Shown here piece after piece: positions 50,300 through 60,414 of a DNA stretch of 64,000 nt (positions are counted from its first letter, which is position 1; each line of letters begins with the position of its first letter). Under the pieces are notes generated by a model. The model made no database searches and was not told the origin of the DNA. It was given only the letters and a program-made list of their open reading frames with translations. The stretch is taken from NCBI GenBank assembly GCA_963788655.1, contig CAWBHS010000007.1, forward strand, positions 45,527 to 109,526, written 5' to 3'. The DNA is from an uncultured Verrucomicrobiae bacterium. Lineage in GTDB: Bacteria; Verrucomicrobiota; Verrucomicrobiia; Limisphaerales; JAFGQR01. Made by a program: the position numbers and the translations under genes.

Positions 50300-51220
50300 T
50301 TGTTTTTGCGAAAAACGCTGACAACGTTAGGCCGTGAGAGCCGGTCGGAACCCGGTTCCGACGCCCTCTTCGTGGGGGCGGAACTGGGCGAGGCCACGAT
50401 TCGTGCGGGCGTCTTTGATGGCGCCGGGCGTCTGCTGGGCAAAGCCAAACGGAGCCCCAAGCTGGAACGCGGAATCCCCGCCGTGGTGGAGAGGGTGGCA
50501 CGCTGCATCCGTGATGCGGTGGACGAGTGCGACCTCGAGCTGGACGCCATCAAGGCGGCGGGCGTGGGCCTGGAGGTGGGCGTGATCGAACAATGGACTT
50601 CCCCGGCTGCGACGTTGCCACCCGCGTTTTCGAATGAAGTCGTTCAGGCGGAGTTGAAAAAGTTGCTTGGCTTTCCCGCGTTCCTGGAGACCGAATACCA
50701 GCTTGCGGCGCTGGGCATTTACGAAACCGAACTCGCGGGAAATCCCGGCCTGGTGGTGACCATTGTTTGCGGCAAGGAGCTGGGAGGCGGTTTGCTGGTC
50801 AAAGGCGATTTGCCCTCCGCCAGTCTGCGGCAGCCGTTAACCGGTCTTCTGCATGAAGCCCAGCAGCAGATGGTAGCCCAATTACCGGACCGCTCGGTCA
50901 CCCAACTCAGCAAAGCCAAGCTGCGCAAGGCGGCCCGGCGGCGCGATCCGCGCGTCTGCGAGTACGCCCGGCTGGCAGCCCATCAGGCCGGATTGGCGGC
51001 CGCGAATATATTGGAACAGCTCAAGCCGGACTGGGTCGTGATGGGGGGCGGTCTTCTTGATGAACTGAAGAACGACATGATGCCCATCATTCTCGAAACC
51101 GTCCGGCAGGCCGCCCCGGCGATGACGGACGCGCCCACCAGGATTCTGGCTTCCGAATTGGCGGACAACGCGGTGATGGTGGGCGCCGCCTTTTACGCCC
51201 GACGGAGGGTCGCGGGGTAG
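50300..51220 (+). CDS. Divergent ROK family protein
   Basis: FVGAELGEATIRAGVFD, AAGVG, LGGGLLVKG, LKPDWVVMGGGL, SELADNAVMVGAA match the ROK fold; start uncertain. Confidence 0.8.
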   Translation: MFLRKTLTTLGRESRSEPGSDALFVGAELGEATIRAGVFDGAGRLLGKAKRSPKLERGIPAVVERVARCIRDAVDECDLELDAIKAAGVGLEVGVIEQWTSPAATLPPAFSNEVVQAELKKLLGFPAFLETEYQLAALGIYETELAGNPGLVVTIVCGKELGGGLLVKGDLPSASLRQPLTGLLHEAQQQMVAQLPDRSVTQLSKAKLRKAARRRDPRVCEYARLAAHQAGLAAANILEQLKPDWVVMGGGLLDELKNDMMPIILETVRQAAPAMTDAPTRILASELADNAVMVGAAFYARRRVAG

Positions 51221-51255
51221 CCCGACTTCGACTTCGTCGATTAGACGGATCCGGG

Positions 51256-53634
51256 TTAGTTCTTCGCCGTTTTATCCGACAGGGAAGCGGACTGGGCCCG
51301 TGCCTGGGCGAGTTGTTCCGGGGAGAGCAGTTTTTCCAACGTCGGTTTGAACAAGGCGGCCTTGGCGTCGCCTTTCGAATCGGCGAACGCGACCCACTTA
51401 TAGGCTTCGACCAAATCTTTCGGTACGCCATCGCCGTCCGCGTACAAAATGGACAAGGCATACGCGGCCGAGGCTTCACCTTGGAGCGCCGCCTGACGGT
51501 ACCATTTGGCCGCCTGGGTCGTATCCTTGGTTACTCCCTCGCCGGTTTCATACAAGTGGGCCAAATTCATCTGGGCCCAGGCGATGCCTTGTTCGGCGGC
51601 CGGCCGATACCACTTGGCCGCTTCGGCCAAATTGCGTTTGACGCCGCGGCCCGTCTCGAGCAGCACGGCGTAACCGAACTGGGCGCCGGGTTCGTTTTGC
51701 CGGGCGGCCTGGCCCAGCCATTTGGCGGCTTCGGTGAAATCCGGTTTCGCTCCCAAAGTGTAGGCATAGCCCAAACGGTATTGGGCTTTGGCATGGCCAT
51801 GTTCGGCGGCTTTGCGATACCACAAGCGGGACTCCGCCTCGTCCTTGTTCACCCCGAGTCCTTGTTCACACAACAGTCCGAGGTAATATTGCGCGTCCGC
51901 GTCACCACGATCCGCTGCGCCGCGAAACCATTTGGCCGCTTCGGTATAATCCTGCCGCAAGCCCTGTCCTTGAGCGTACGCCAACCCCACCTTGAGCTGG
52001 GCGGTGGCCACCCCTTGTTCGGCGGCTTTGCGATACCATTTGAGGGCTTCTGCGGGATCGAGCTTAACGCCCTTGCCGGTTTCGTAAAAAATCGCCACAT
52101 ACAACTGTGCCAGCGGATCGCCTTTTTGGGCGGCGGGCAGGAACAGTTGCATGGCTTTGCCCAAATCTTTGTCCACGCCCAGTCCCTCGGTGTAGGCGAC
52201 GCCGAGGTTCACTTGCGCTTGCCGCACGCCTTTGTCCGCGGCCTGGCGCAGCCATTTGACCGCTTCGCCAAAATTCTTTTCCACGTGACGTCCTTCCATG
52301 TACGCACTGCCCAGACTGTACTCCGCCTCGCCTTCGCCGCGCGCCGCGGACTTGCGGTACAACTCGAGCGCCTTCGCGGGATCATTTTTAACGCCCTGAC
52401 CGTTTTCATAAAGGATGCCCAGGTTGACCTCCGCAATCGCGTTGCCCCGATCCGCCGCTTTTTGAAACCATTGGGCCGCCTCGGCAAAATTCTGTTTCAC
52501 CCCCTGGCCGCGGGCCAGCATCAGCCCGAGGTTGACCTGAGCATCGACCACGCCCTGTTCGGCGGAGCGTCGGTACCACTTGACGGCTTCCTCGGGGTTC
52601 TTGACCTCGCCCGGGCCACCTTCGGCCAGCAGCACGCCGAGGTATAACTGGGCAATGATGTGCCCTTGTTTGGCGGAGGCCTGGAGCCATTTCGCGGCTT
52701 CCTTCAAGTCCTGTTTAACCCCTTTGCCTTCGTAGTAGAGCATGCCCAATTTGAGCTGCGCTTCCGGGTGTCCTCGTTCGGCCGCTTTCCGATACCATTC
52801 GGCCGCTTTCAACAAATCCTGCCGGACCCCTTCGCCTTTGGCGTACGCCGCGCCCACTTTGTATTGCTGCTCGAGATCGCCACGTTGGGCCAGTTTCCGG
52901 TGGGCTTCGAAAAGTTGGGCCGGCGCCATTAACGGCGTGAGTTGGTCGAGCAATTCCCCGGCCTCCGGGTTGTTCTTGGCGGCCGCCAGCGTGAACCACA
53001 GGAAGGCCTCGGCATAATCCTGCGGCACCCCCCGGCCCGCGACGTAGAGTTGCGCCAGGGCCACCTGAGCGTTCACGTCGCCCTGTTCGGCCGCGCGTCG
53101 ATACCAATGGGCCGCTTGCGAATAATCATTGGTGACGCCCTGTCCTTTGGCGTAGAGCACGCCCAAATTATATTGTGATACGGTGTCGTTCTGCGCGGCG
53201 GCCTTTTGAAACCATTTGGCCGCTTCGGTGAAATCAGCCGCAACGCCAACGCCCCGCGCGTAAAAAATGGCCAGGTTGTATTGCGCGGCTACGTGGCCCT
53301 GCTCCGCGGCTTTGCGAAACCAGACGATCGCCGCCGGAAGATTCTGTGGCACTTCCTTCCCGCCGGCAAACATCAAGGCCAGGTTGAACTGGGCCATCGC
53401 TTCGCCCTTTTCGGCGGCGGCTTTGGTTTTCTGGAAGGCAGGGCTTCCCACCGGCGCGGGCGCGGGCGCCGAAGCCGGGGGAACGGGTTCGACCGCGGCG
53501 GCGACGGGCGGTTGACCTGGGTCGGCGGGCGCGGCTTGGCCAGCACTACTGTCGCCGGCCCAAGACAAATTCCACGAGGCCAGCAGCAGCCAACCCAAAA
53601 TGATTCGAAATCTAGCGAAAAAGCAGTTGTTCAT
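51256..53634 (-). CDS. Secreted Sel1-like repeat protein (~18 repeats)
   Basis: Signal peptide, Pro/Ala linker, repeated AQxxLGxxYxxGxGVxxDxxEAxKWYxKAAEQG units. Confidence 0.95.
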   Translation of the reverse strand: MNNCFFARFRIILGWLLLASWNLSWAGDSSAGQAAPADPGQPPVAAAVEPVPPASAPAPAPVGSPAFQKTKAAAEKGEAMAQFNLALMFAGGKEVPQNLPAAIVWFRKAAEQGHVAAQYNLAIFYARGVGVAADFTEAAKWFQKAAAQNDTVSQYNLGVLYAKGQGVTNDYSQAAHWYRRAAEQGDVNAQVALAQLYVAGRGVPQDYAEAFLWFTLAAAKNNPEAGELLDQLTPLMAPAQLFEAHRKLAQRGDLEQQYKVGAAYAKGEGVRQDLLKAAEWYRKAAERGHPEAQLKLGMLYYEGKGVKQDLKEAAKWLQASAKQGHIIAQLYLGVLLAEGGPGEVKNPEEAVKWYRRSAEQGVVDAQVNLGLMLARGQGVKQNFAEAAQWFQKAADRGNAIAEVNLGILYENGQGVKNDPAKALELYRKSAARGEGEAEYSLGSAYMEGRHVEKNFGEAVKWLRQAADKGVRQAQVNLGVAYTEGLGVDKDLGKAMQLFLPAAQKGDPLAQLYVAIFYETGKGVKLDPAEALKWYRKAAEQGVATAQLKVGLAYAQGQGLRQDYTEAAKWFRGAADRGDADAQYYLGLLCEQGLGVNKDEAESRLWYRKAAEHGHAKAQYRLGYAYTLGAKPDFTEAAKWLGQAARQNEPGAQFGYAVLLETGRGVKRNLAEAAKWYRPAAEQGIAWAQMNLAHLYETGEGVTKDTTQAAKWYRQAALQGEASAAYALSILYADGDGVPKDLVEAYKWVAFADSKGDAKAALFKPTLEKLLSPEQLAQARAQSASLSDKTAKN

Positions 53635-54020
53635 TCCATTCTACCGACGGCGCGCGCCACTCAGAATCCCGAGTTTGGCGCCCGCTCCAACCGACACCAC
53701 CCGCAGCAAGAATCGCGCTATGATGCGATTGCACGGTGCCAGTTAGCAAAATAACGGCCCTGCTGAAAAGCGCAAACTGGCGCGACCGCGAGACTTCCGG
53801 GCAGTTCAAAGGCCGAGACAAATCCGATTTCCAACTTCCGCACGTCCTTCCCGCATCAATCGGCCCCCCGAAAAACCTCCGGCGTACGGGAGCACTTCGA
53901 GGATTGGCTTTGCCGTTGAATGAGTGTTCGCTCGTCGATTGCACGGATTCTGCTGCCCAATTCCTGCCGGTTCGCAAAAGCGGTTGCATTGAGACTAACT
54001 TTCGTCTAATCGAACAGTGT

Positions 54021-54698
54021 ATGACATCGCGGCATGGCTATTGGATTGTGTTGGCGTTGGCGCTGGGCTGCGTTTCCCTCCGGGCGCAGTCGCCGGCCGA
54101 TGATCCACATTTGCGAGCGCTGCAAGTGCTCCGAAAAACGATGCTGGCCCAGGAGCGCCGGAATGACGCCCAAGCGGTCACCAATCAAACCCCGCCCCCG
54201 GCGCCCACGTTTGCCAGTCTCGAAAAACAATACTTGGACGGCAAGATGACGGCCCGTCAATTCCAGCAATACGTGCTCGATTATCGTCTGAACCGTTCCC
54301 AGAGCGCGGCCCCGAAGGCGGCGGCGCATCCGGCCAGTCCGCCGACCGCAAATTCTACCCCGGCCAATGCTGCTCCCCTGGCCCCCGTACCGCCTGCCTC
54401 TTCGGTGGTTTCCACGGAATCCAACTCCGGTGACACCTCACCGGGCACGAACGCCCCGCCTCCGGCGACCGGCAGTCCTGCCTTGAACCGGCTCGCGGAA
54501 ATGGAGGCCAGGATGGATCGCATCATTCAGGAAAAAGCTGCGCGGGATGAGGCGCTTACCAACCGGCCTCCGTCCACGTCGGCTCCCAAGACCAAACGGG
54601 AAAAACTGAACGAACTGCTCCGTGAACGGATTGCCGGCAAAATCACGGAGGAGGAATACAAGGCCCAATGGTCAAAGATTGCCGCGGAGAAAGATTAG
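54021..54698 (+). CDS. Hypothetical secreted protein with two SHOCT-like helical motifs
   Basis: Signal peptide (MTSRHGYWIVLALALGCVSLRAQ); LEKQYLDGKMTARQF and LLRERIAGKITEEEYKAQ separated by a Pro/Ser/Thr linker. Confidence 0.7.
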   Translation: MTSRHGYWIVLALALGCVSLRAQSPADDPHLRALQVLRKTMLAQERRNDAQAVTNQTPPPAPTFASLEKQYLDGKMTARQFQQYVLDYRLNRSQSAAPKAAAHPASPPTANSTPANAAPLAPVPPASSVVSTESNSGDTSPGTNAPPPATGSPALNRLAEMEARMDRIIQEKAARDEALTNRPPSTSAPKTKREKLNELLRERIAGKITEEEYKAQWSKIAAEKD

Positions 54699-54718
54699 TT
54701 CAAAATCTCATCTCCTCG

Positions 54719-54788
54719 GTAGCCGCCGACGTGCGGAGGCGGACTCAGCGCCCCTGATCGGGATCCGCCGCCGCACGTCGTCAGCTAC
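54719..54788. repeat. REP doublet (GTAGCCGCCGACGT family)
   Basis: GTAGCCGCCGACGTGCGGAGGCGGA ... TCCGCCGCCGCACGTCGTCAGCTAC, between convergent genes. Confidence 0.8.
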
Positions 54789-54842
54789 GGGCGGTCGCTG
54801 TCTTGCGCGGAGTGAACTATTCGGGACAGCCCAACGTTTTCC

Positions 54843-55649
54843 TCAAGACGACCGGGAGAAGAATGGATTCAGCACCCAATGTCTGCCGACGCGGTGGCTC
54901 TGCGCGATGGCTTGGGTAATGAACTCTTTGGCCTGCTGCACTGCTTCCGACAGGGAGCAACCTTGCGCGTGATACCCGGCAATGGCCGCCGAGTAAGTGC
55001 AACCGGTGCCGTGCGTCGAAACGCCCTTGATCAAAGGTGCGCTCAGCAGCAACTCCGTTTCTCCATCGTAAAACAGATCCACCGCCTCGGCACCGCCGCG
55101 CCAATGCCCGCCTTTGATCAGCCAGGCATTGCCGAATCGATCAAACAAGTCGCGGACGGCAACTCGCAAATCTTCCGGCTCCCGCAGCGTGAGTCCGGTC
55201 AGAATTTCGGCCTCGTCCAAGTTGGGCGTCACCAAAGTAGCGAGCGGCAGCAATTCCCGTTGCAGGATGCGGATGGCGGCATCCTGCAAAAGCGGCGCGC
55301 CGCTGGTGGAAACCATCACCGGGTCCACAATCAAGGGCACTCCCCGGTGAGGCCGGAGATGGTCCGCCACGGTTCGGATGATGGAGGCCGAGTACAGCAT
55401 TCCCGTCTTCACCGCGTGCGGCTGCAATTCCAAGAACAACGCGTCGAGCTGTTGCCCGACCATCGCCGGACGCGCGGCCTGGATGCCACGGACCTCGCGC
55501 GGGTTCTGCGCCGTCAAGCAGGTAATCGCGGTGGTGCCATGTACACCCAGGGCCGCGAAGGTTTTCAGATCGGCCTGAATGCCCGCTCCACCGCCGCTGT
55601 CGGAGCCGGCAATCGTCAGGGCCACGGGCATCGGTTTGCGTGATTTCAT
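54843..55649 (-). CDS. thiD: Hydroxymethylpyrimidine/phosphomethylpyrimidine kinase
   Basis: LTIAGSDSGGGAGIQADLKTF, VKTGML, VDPVMVSTSG, TPNLDEA, IKGGH, THGTGCTYSAAIA. Confidence 0.96.
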   Translation of the reverse strand: MKSRKPMPVALTIAGSDSGGGAGIQADLKTFAALGVHGTTAITCLTAQNPREVRGIQAARPAMVGQQLDALFLELQPHAVKTGMLYSASIIRTVADHLRPHRGVPLIVDPVMVSTSGAPLLQDAAIRILQRELLPLATLVTPNLDEAEILTGLTLREPEDLRVAVRDLFDRFGNAWLIKGGHWRGGAEAVDLFYDGETELLLSAPLIKGVSTHGTGCTYSAAIAGYHAQGCSLSEAVQQAKEFITQAIAQSHRVGRHWVLNPFFSRSS

Positions 55650-55793
55650 GGGGCAAGGATAAACGGTCCAGCCACGCCAAGAAATCCTGAAAGCGCCGCC
55701 GCGCCAGCGTGCTCGGGCAAATCCAGTTTGTTGCCCAATACCTTTCCCCGGGGATGATTCATACTCCGCTTCCAACAACTGCCGGTGCCCACC

Positions 55794-55937
55794 AACGTGC
55801 TGCCGGCGTCCCGCCGGCAGAAACGAATGCTCCGAGACGATTCGACCCTTTGCCGCCTCCCGGATGGGAGTTGGCGCGCTCGACGATTCTGGTCAATTCG
55901 AAGCGTATGCTTCCGTTCGATCTGCCGGCAGCACGTT
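55794..55937. repeat. REP doublet (CGTGCTGCCGGC family)
   Basis: AACGTGCTGCCGGCGTCCCGCCGGCAGA ... TCTGCCGGCAGCACGTT. Confidence 0.7.
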
Positions 55938-55954
55938 CCTAGTCAGCTTGGTGT

Positions 55955-57313
55955 TTATGCTTCCGGCAGCCGGTACGGCGCACGGTAGGGATAGTCCAAA
56001 AGCTGGTTCGCCGCGGCATGATTGGTGAAGCGTTCGGCGTGGGCGTCCCACTCGAGGTACGATTTGGTGTGGTACGCCACGTTGGCCAAGAGGGTGGTGG
56101 AGGTGCTGCGGTGGCCGATCTCGATGTCGCAATTGCAGCGGGCCCGGCTTTTCACGCAATCGAGGAAATTGCGCGCGTGGAAGGTAGTATCCCCTTCCCC
56201 CTGGCTGCCAAAGGTGCGCGGCTCGATCATCGTTTGGGCGCCTTGGCGATAGCGGGAATCGTCCTTGCGCGTGAGTGGCGAGCGGGCGGGGAATTCGTTC
56301 GGCGTGATGCGGTCGGGCACCACTTCCGCGCGGTTGCCGAACAGGTACATCGTGCCCTTGGTACCCCGCAGTTCCACCTGGCATCCGGGCAGGCTCCATT
56401 GGCCGGCGGTGGCGTTGAACTGGGAGAACGTCACCAGCGTGCCGCCTGGATATTGCCAAATAGCTTCCAGCGTGTCGGGAATTTCGCGGTTGTCCTGCAT
56501 GCCGGCGAACTGGCCGCCCATGGCGGTCACGGCCAGCGGCGCCGAGTGCCCGAGCGACCATTGGATGAAATCCAGGTAGTGAACACCAAAGTTGGTGACT
56601 TGCCCGCCGGAGTAATCGAAGAACCAGCGGAAGCGATAGAAAGTGCGGTTCTTGTTGTACGGACGCATGGGCGCCGGCCCCAGCCAGGCTTCCCAATCGA
56701 CACCCGGCGGCGGCTGCGCTGCCGTCGGGTTGCCGATGCCTTTGGGCCATTCGTTTTGAACGTGAAAGGCGCGCGCGGCGGTGACTTTTCCCAACCCGCC
56801 TTCCCGCACAAACGCCGCGGCCTCCTGGCAAAACGGCAGTGACCGGCGATGAATGCCGACCTGACTTACGACCTTGTTCCGGTGAATGGCCTCGACCATT
56901 TTGCGGCCTTCGGCCACACGAAGCGAAAGAGGCTTCTCAACGTAAATGTCCCTGCCCGATTCGGCAGCCTGGATGGTTTGCAGAGCGTGCCAGTGGTCGG
57001 GCGTGCAGATCACCACCGCATCCATATCCTTCAAGTCCAGCAACTGCCGGTAGTCTTTGAACTGTTTGGGTTGATTGCCGATTTTCTGCGACGCGAAGTC
57101 CAAGTAGGGCTGGTACATGTCGCAAATGGCCACGACTTCGGCGTCCGGCTGTTTGAGGAACGCGTCGAGCACTTGGTCGCCGCGATTGCCCAGCCCGATG
57201 AACCCCAGACGAACGCGATCGTTGGCGCCGATGGCGCGCGTGGCGCCCAACGCGGTGGTGGCGCCGGCGAGCACCATGGTTTTGGTGAAGTCTCTTCGGG
57301 TCCAGTTGTTCAT
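55955..57313 (-). CDS. Tat-exported Gfo/Idh/MocA oxidoreductase
   Basis: TRRDFTK twin-arginine signal; [45 protein letters not shown]. Confidence 0.93.
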   Translation of the reverse strand: MNNWTRRDFTKTMVLAGATTALGATRAIGANDRVRLGFIGLGNRGDQVLDAFLKQPDAEVVAICDMYQPYLDFASQKIGNQPKQFKDYRQLLDLKDMDAVVICTPDHWHALQTIQAAESGRDIYVEKPLSLRVAEGRKMVEAIHRNKVVSQVGIHRRSLPFCQEAAAFVREGGLGKVTAARAFHVQNEWPKGIGNPTAAQPPPGVDWEAWLGPAPMRPYNKNRTFYRFRWFFDYSGGQVTNFGVHYLDFIQWSLGHSAPLAVTAMGGQFAGMQDNREIPDTLEAIWQYPGGTLVTFSQFNATAGQWSLPGCQVELRGTKGTMYLFGNRAEVVPDRITPNEFPARSPLTRKDDSRYRQGAQTMIEPRTFGSQGEGDTTFHARNFLDCVKSRARCNCDIEIGHRSTSTTLLANVAYHTKSYLEWDAHAERFTNHAAANQLLDYPYRAPYRLPEA

Positions 57314-57332
57314 AAGGTGACAATTTGTTTCA

Positions 57333-58394
57333 TCATTCACTGATCGGATACGAGCCCAGCACTTTGACGAACACACAATGTTTGCCCAGCATCGCCAGGG
57401 CTTTGGCGACTTGGGGGTCACTCGAGTGGCCGTCGCAGTCCACGAAGAAATAATATTCCCAGGCTTTGCGTTTGCTGGGGCGCGATTCGATCTTGGTCAG
57501 GTTGATGCCGTGCTTGCGGAACGCTTCGAGGGCGCTGTGCAGCGAGCCCACCTGGTGCGCTACGCAGAACATCAGACTGGTGCGATCATAGCCGGTGGGC
57601 GGACTGCACTTCCGGCCGAGGACCAGGAACCGGGTGGCATTGCCGGCGCGGTCCTGCACGTCGTGTTCGAGGACGGGCAGCTTGTATTTTTCGGCGGCCA
57701 GCAGGCCGGCAATGGCGGCGGCCTCCGGATCGGCGACGGCCAGTTCGGCGGAGCGGGCATTCGAGGACGTTTCAATGATTTCGGCGGCGGGGAAATTTCG
57801 CTGCAACCAGTTCCGGCATTGAGCCATCGTTTGCGGGTGCAGGTAAAGTTTCTTGATGCGATCCCGCGGCACCTTGCTCAGCAGACAGTGTTGAATGGGC
57901 AGAACGATCTGAGCCACGATTTTGAGCTCGCTGTCGGCAAACATGTCCAGCGTATGGGTGACGATGCCTTCGGTGGAATTCTCGATGGGCACCACTCCAA
58001 AATCCGCGCAGGCTTTCGCCACTTCGTTGAACACATCGGTGATGGTCTTGAGCGGCAGGTAGCGCAGGCTGTTGCCGAAGCGCTGGAGGGCCGCTTCGTG
58101 CGTGAAGGTGGCTTCCGGTCCCAAATAGGCGATGGACATGGATTTCTCCGCGGAGAGCGCGCTGGACATGATCTCCCGATAAATGGCCCGCAGGGATTCA
58201 TCGGAGATGGGTCCTTTATTGCGCTTGCAGATGCCGTCCAGCACCGTCCGTTCGCGGTGCGGCGCATAAATCTCTTCGCCGCCTTTGAGCTTAATGTGCC
58301 CGATGGCCAGCACATGCCGGGTGCGTTCGTTCAGGAGCTTGATGATTTGCGAATCGCATTTGTCGATCGCCTTGCGATGTTCGGTAATGCTCAT
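57333..58394 (-). CDS. pheA: Chorismate mutase / prephenate dehydratase (P-protein)
   Basis: N-terminal AroQ ([14 protein letters not shown]), [40 protein letters not shown] domain. Confidence 0.96.
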   Translation of the reverse strand: MSITEHRKAIDKCDSQIIKLLNERTRHVLAIGHIKLKGGEEIYAPHRERTVLDGICKRNKGPISDESLRAIYREIMSSALSAEKSMSIAYLGPEATFTHEAALQRFGNSLRYLPLKTITDVFNEVAKACADFGVVPIENSTEGIVTHTLDMFADSELKIVAQIVLPIQHCLLSKVPRDRIKKLYLHPQTMAQCRNWLQRNFPAAEIIETSSNARSAELAVADPEAAAIAGLLAAEKYKLPVLEHDVQDRAGNATRFLVLGRKCSPPTGYDRTSLMFCVAHQVGSLHSALEAFRKHGINLTKIESRPSKRKAWEYYFFVDCDGHSSDPQVAKALAMLGKHCVFVKVLGSYPISE

Positions 58395-58406
58395 AAGGCC
58401 AGTGGG

Positions 58407-59327
58407 CTAAGTGCGGCGGTTTCCCGGGCGGTTTTTGTGCCGGCTTTGGGCTTCGGATTCCGGCGTCGCCGAGTCTTGCTCCTCGGGTGGGTGCGCTTCA
58501 GATTCCTCCGCCTCGGATTCCGCGGGGTCAGCCAGCGAGGCGGCGGTGATATCCTCGCCCGCAGCGACCAACTCGGCAGCGGGTTCTTCGGCATTGGCTG
58601 ATTCGGCGTCGGCGGGAGCCGCGGCAGCGTCGGGCCGTTCACTGGCAGGCTCCGAGGTTTCGGCTTCTGCCCGGCCATTGTTACCGAGCCGCAGTTGTTC
58701 CGGCGGCACGGTTGCGAGGCCCGGATCGACGGTCAGCAGCCCCTCTGGCTTGGCGATGGGCAGACGGCGTAATTCATCGGCAGCGGGGAGATCGTCGAGA
58801 CTGGCAAGCCCAAAGTATTGAAGAAACAGCTCGGTGGTGCCGTAGGTCATTGGGCGTCCGGGCACCTCGGCCCGGCCAATTTGTTCGACGAGACCGCGCT
58901 CCAACAACGTTTGCATGACCCCGTCCACGGCGACGCCGCGCACCTGTTCAATCTCGGCGCGAGTGATGGGTTGGCGGTAAGAAACAATCGCCAGCGTTTC
59001 GAGCGCGGGTTGCGACAGTCGCGGCGGGCGGGCTCGATGGCCGACCAGGGTCTTGATCCACGGCGCGTATTCCGGCTGGCTGACGAACTGCCAGGCGCCC
59101 GCCACGCAGGTCAGGCGATAGCTGCGCTGGGCCTGTTCGTGTTCCTGCGCCAAGTCGGTCAGGGCCGCGGTAATGTCATCGGCGGAGGTCTTCTTGAAGG
59201 CCTTGACGGTGTCGTCTTCGGAGTGCTCGACGGCATGGCTCAGAATGCCCTTGAGTTCTTTTGGACTCAACGGTTGCTGGGCGGAGAAAAGAATCGATTC
59301 CAGGATGAACTTCAATTCCATGATCAA
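58407..59327 (-). CDS. scpB: SMC-Scp complex subunit ScpB
   Basis: LESILF, LSQPALETLAIVSYRQPITRAEIEQVRGV, PGRPMTYGTTELFLQYFGLASLDDLP; acidic C-terminal tail. Confidence 0.95.
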   Translation of the reverse strand: MIMELKFILESILFSAQQPLSPKELKGILSHAVEHSEDDTVKAFKKTSADDITAALTDLAQEHEQAQRSYRLTCVAGAWQFVSQPEYAPWIKTLVGHRARPPRLSQPALETLAIVSYRQPITRAEIEQVRGVAVDGVMQTLLERGLVEQIGRAEVPGRPMTYGTTELFLQYFGLASLDDLPAADELRRLPIAKPEGLLTVDPGLATVPPEQLRLGNNGRAEAETSEPASERPDAAAAPADAESANAEEPAAELVAAGEDITAASLADPAESEAEESEAHPPEEQDSATPESEAQSRHKNRPGNRRT

Positions 59328-60271
59328 ACGGATTGGGGATTGGGCGCGGGCATTTCCGAAGCTGCGGATGGTTCGACGTCATCTGACGCATTGGCGGCTT
59401 GTTCGGGGGCCGGCTCCGCGTTTCCGGGTGTAATGGCCGCTTCGGCGGCCGGTCCCGCGACGTTTGCTTCGGGCCGGGCCTCGGACGAACCGGTTGCCGG
59501 AACCTCTTCTGCGGCCTCCGTGGCGTCAGGAGGCGCGGCGGGCAACCGGGGGGCTTGCGAAATTTCGATTTCACCAAACGGTTCCGATTGCTGTGCCACC
59601 AATTGCCGCAGGCGGATCAGTTCAAGGATGGCCAGAAACGTTACCACGACTTCGGAGCGACTGGTCGCGCCGGCAAATAATTCGGAAAAATGCACGACCG
59701 GACGGTCCCGCGTCAGTTGCACGAGGTATTCAATCTTCTCGCTGACCGTCCAGCGGTCTTCGAACACGTCGCGCAAATCTTCCGGCTTGTTGACGCGCTT
59801 TAGAACGGCGTTGACGGCGTTGATCAGCTCGAAGATGGAAACGTTGGCGCCGGCCATCGCGTCGTCCACGTCGAACTCCGGCTTGCCCGGCAGCCGGGGG
59901 AAGGTGCTTTCCTGTTCGAGTTCCCGCACTTGCAATTGGGCGGCGGCGTCCTTGAATTTCTTGTACTCGACCAGTTTGCGGATGAGTTCCCAGCGAGGAT
60001 CATCGGTATCATCGTCGCCTTCGACCGCCACCTGCTTTTCCTTGGGCAGCAATTCCCGGCTTTTGATGTACATCAGCGTGGCGGCCATGACGAGGAACTC
60101 ACCGGCGATCTCCAAATCGAGCAGGCGCATGACGTCGATGTATTCGAGAAACTGGGTGGCCAGCTTGGTGAGGTTGACCTCGTAAATGTCCACTTCCTCC
60201 TTCTTGATCAGATAAAGAAGCAGATCCAACGGTCCTTCAAAGACCTCAAATTTGACTTTGTATTCGCTCAT
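59324..60271 (-). CDS. scpA: Segregation/condensation protein ScpA
   Basis: FEGPLDLLLYLI, EFLVMAATLMYIKSRELLP, FLAILEL..QQSEPFGEI; acidic C-terminal tail. Confidence 0.95.
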   Translation of the reverse strand: MSEYKVKFEVFEGPLDLLLYLIKKEEVDIYEVNLTKLATQFLEYIDVMRLLDLEIAGEFLVMAATLMYIKSRELLPKEKQVAVEGDDDTDDPRWELIRKLVEYKKFKDAAAQLQVRELEQESTFPRLPGKPEFDVDDAMAGANVSIFELINAVNAVLKRVNKPEDLRDVFEDRWTVSEKIEYLVQLTRDRPVVHFSELFAGATSRSEVVVTFLAILELIRLRQLVAQQSEPFGEIEISQAPRLPAAPPDATEAAEEVPATGSSEARPEANVAGPAAEAAITPGNAEPAPEQAANASDDVEPSAASEMPAPNPQSV

Positions 60272-60414
60272 GCCAGCCCCGCATCGCGTTTTGCCGGGAA
60301 GGAGAATCTAAGTCAGCCACTTACCCATTGGCAACGGTTTAGTCGCTTGGCGCGCGGAGCGGAAATTCGTCGGCTTGCAAAGGAATCGGCCGGCACCCAG
60401 TTGGCTGCGGGGCG

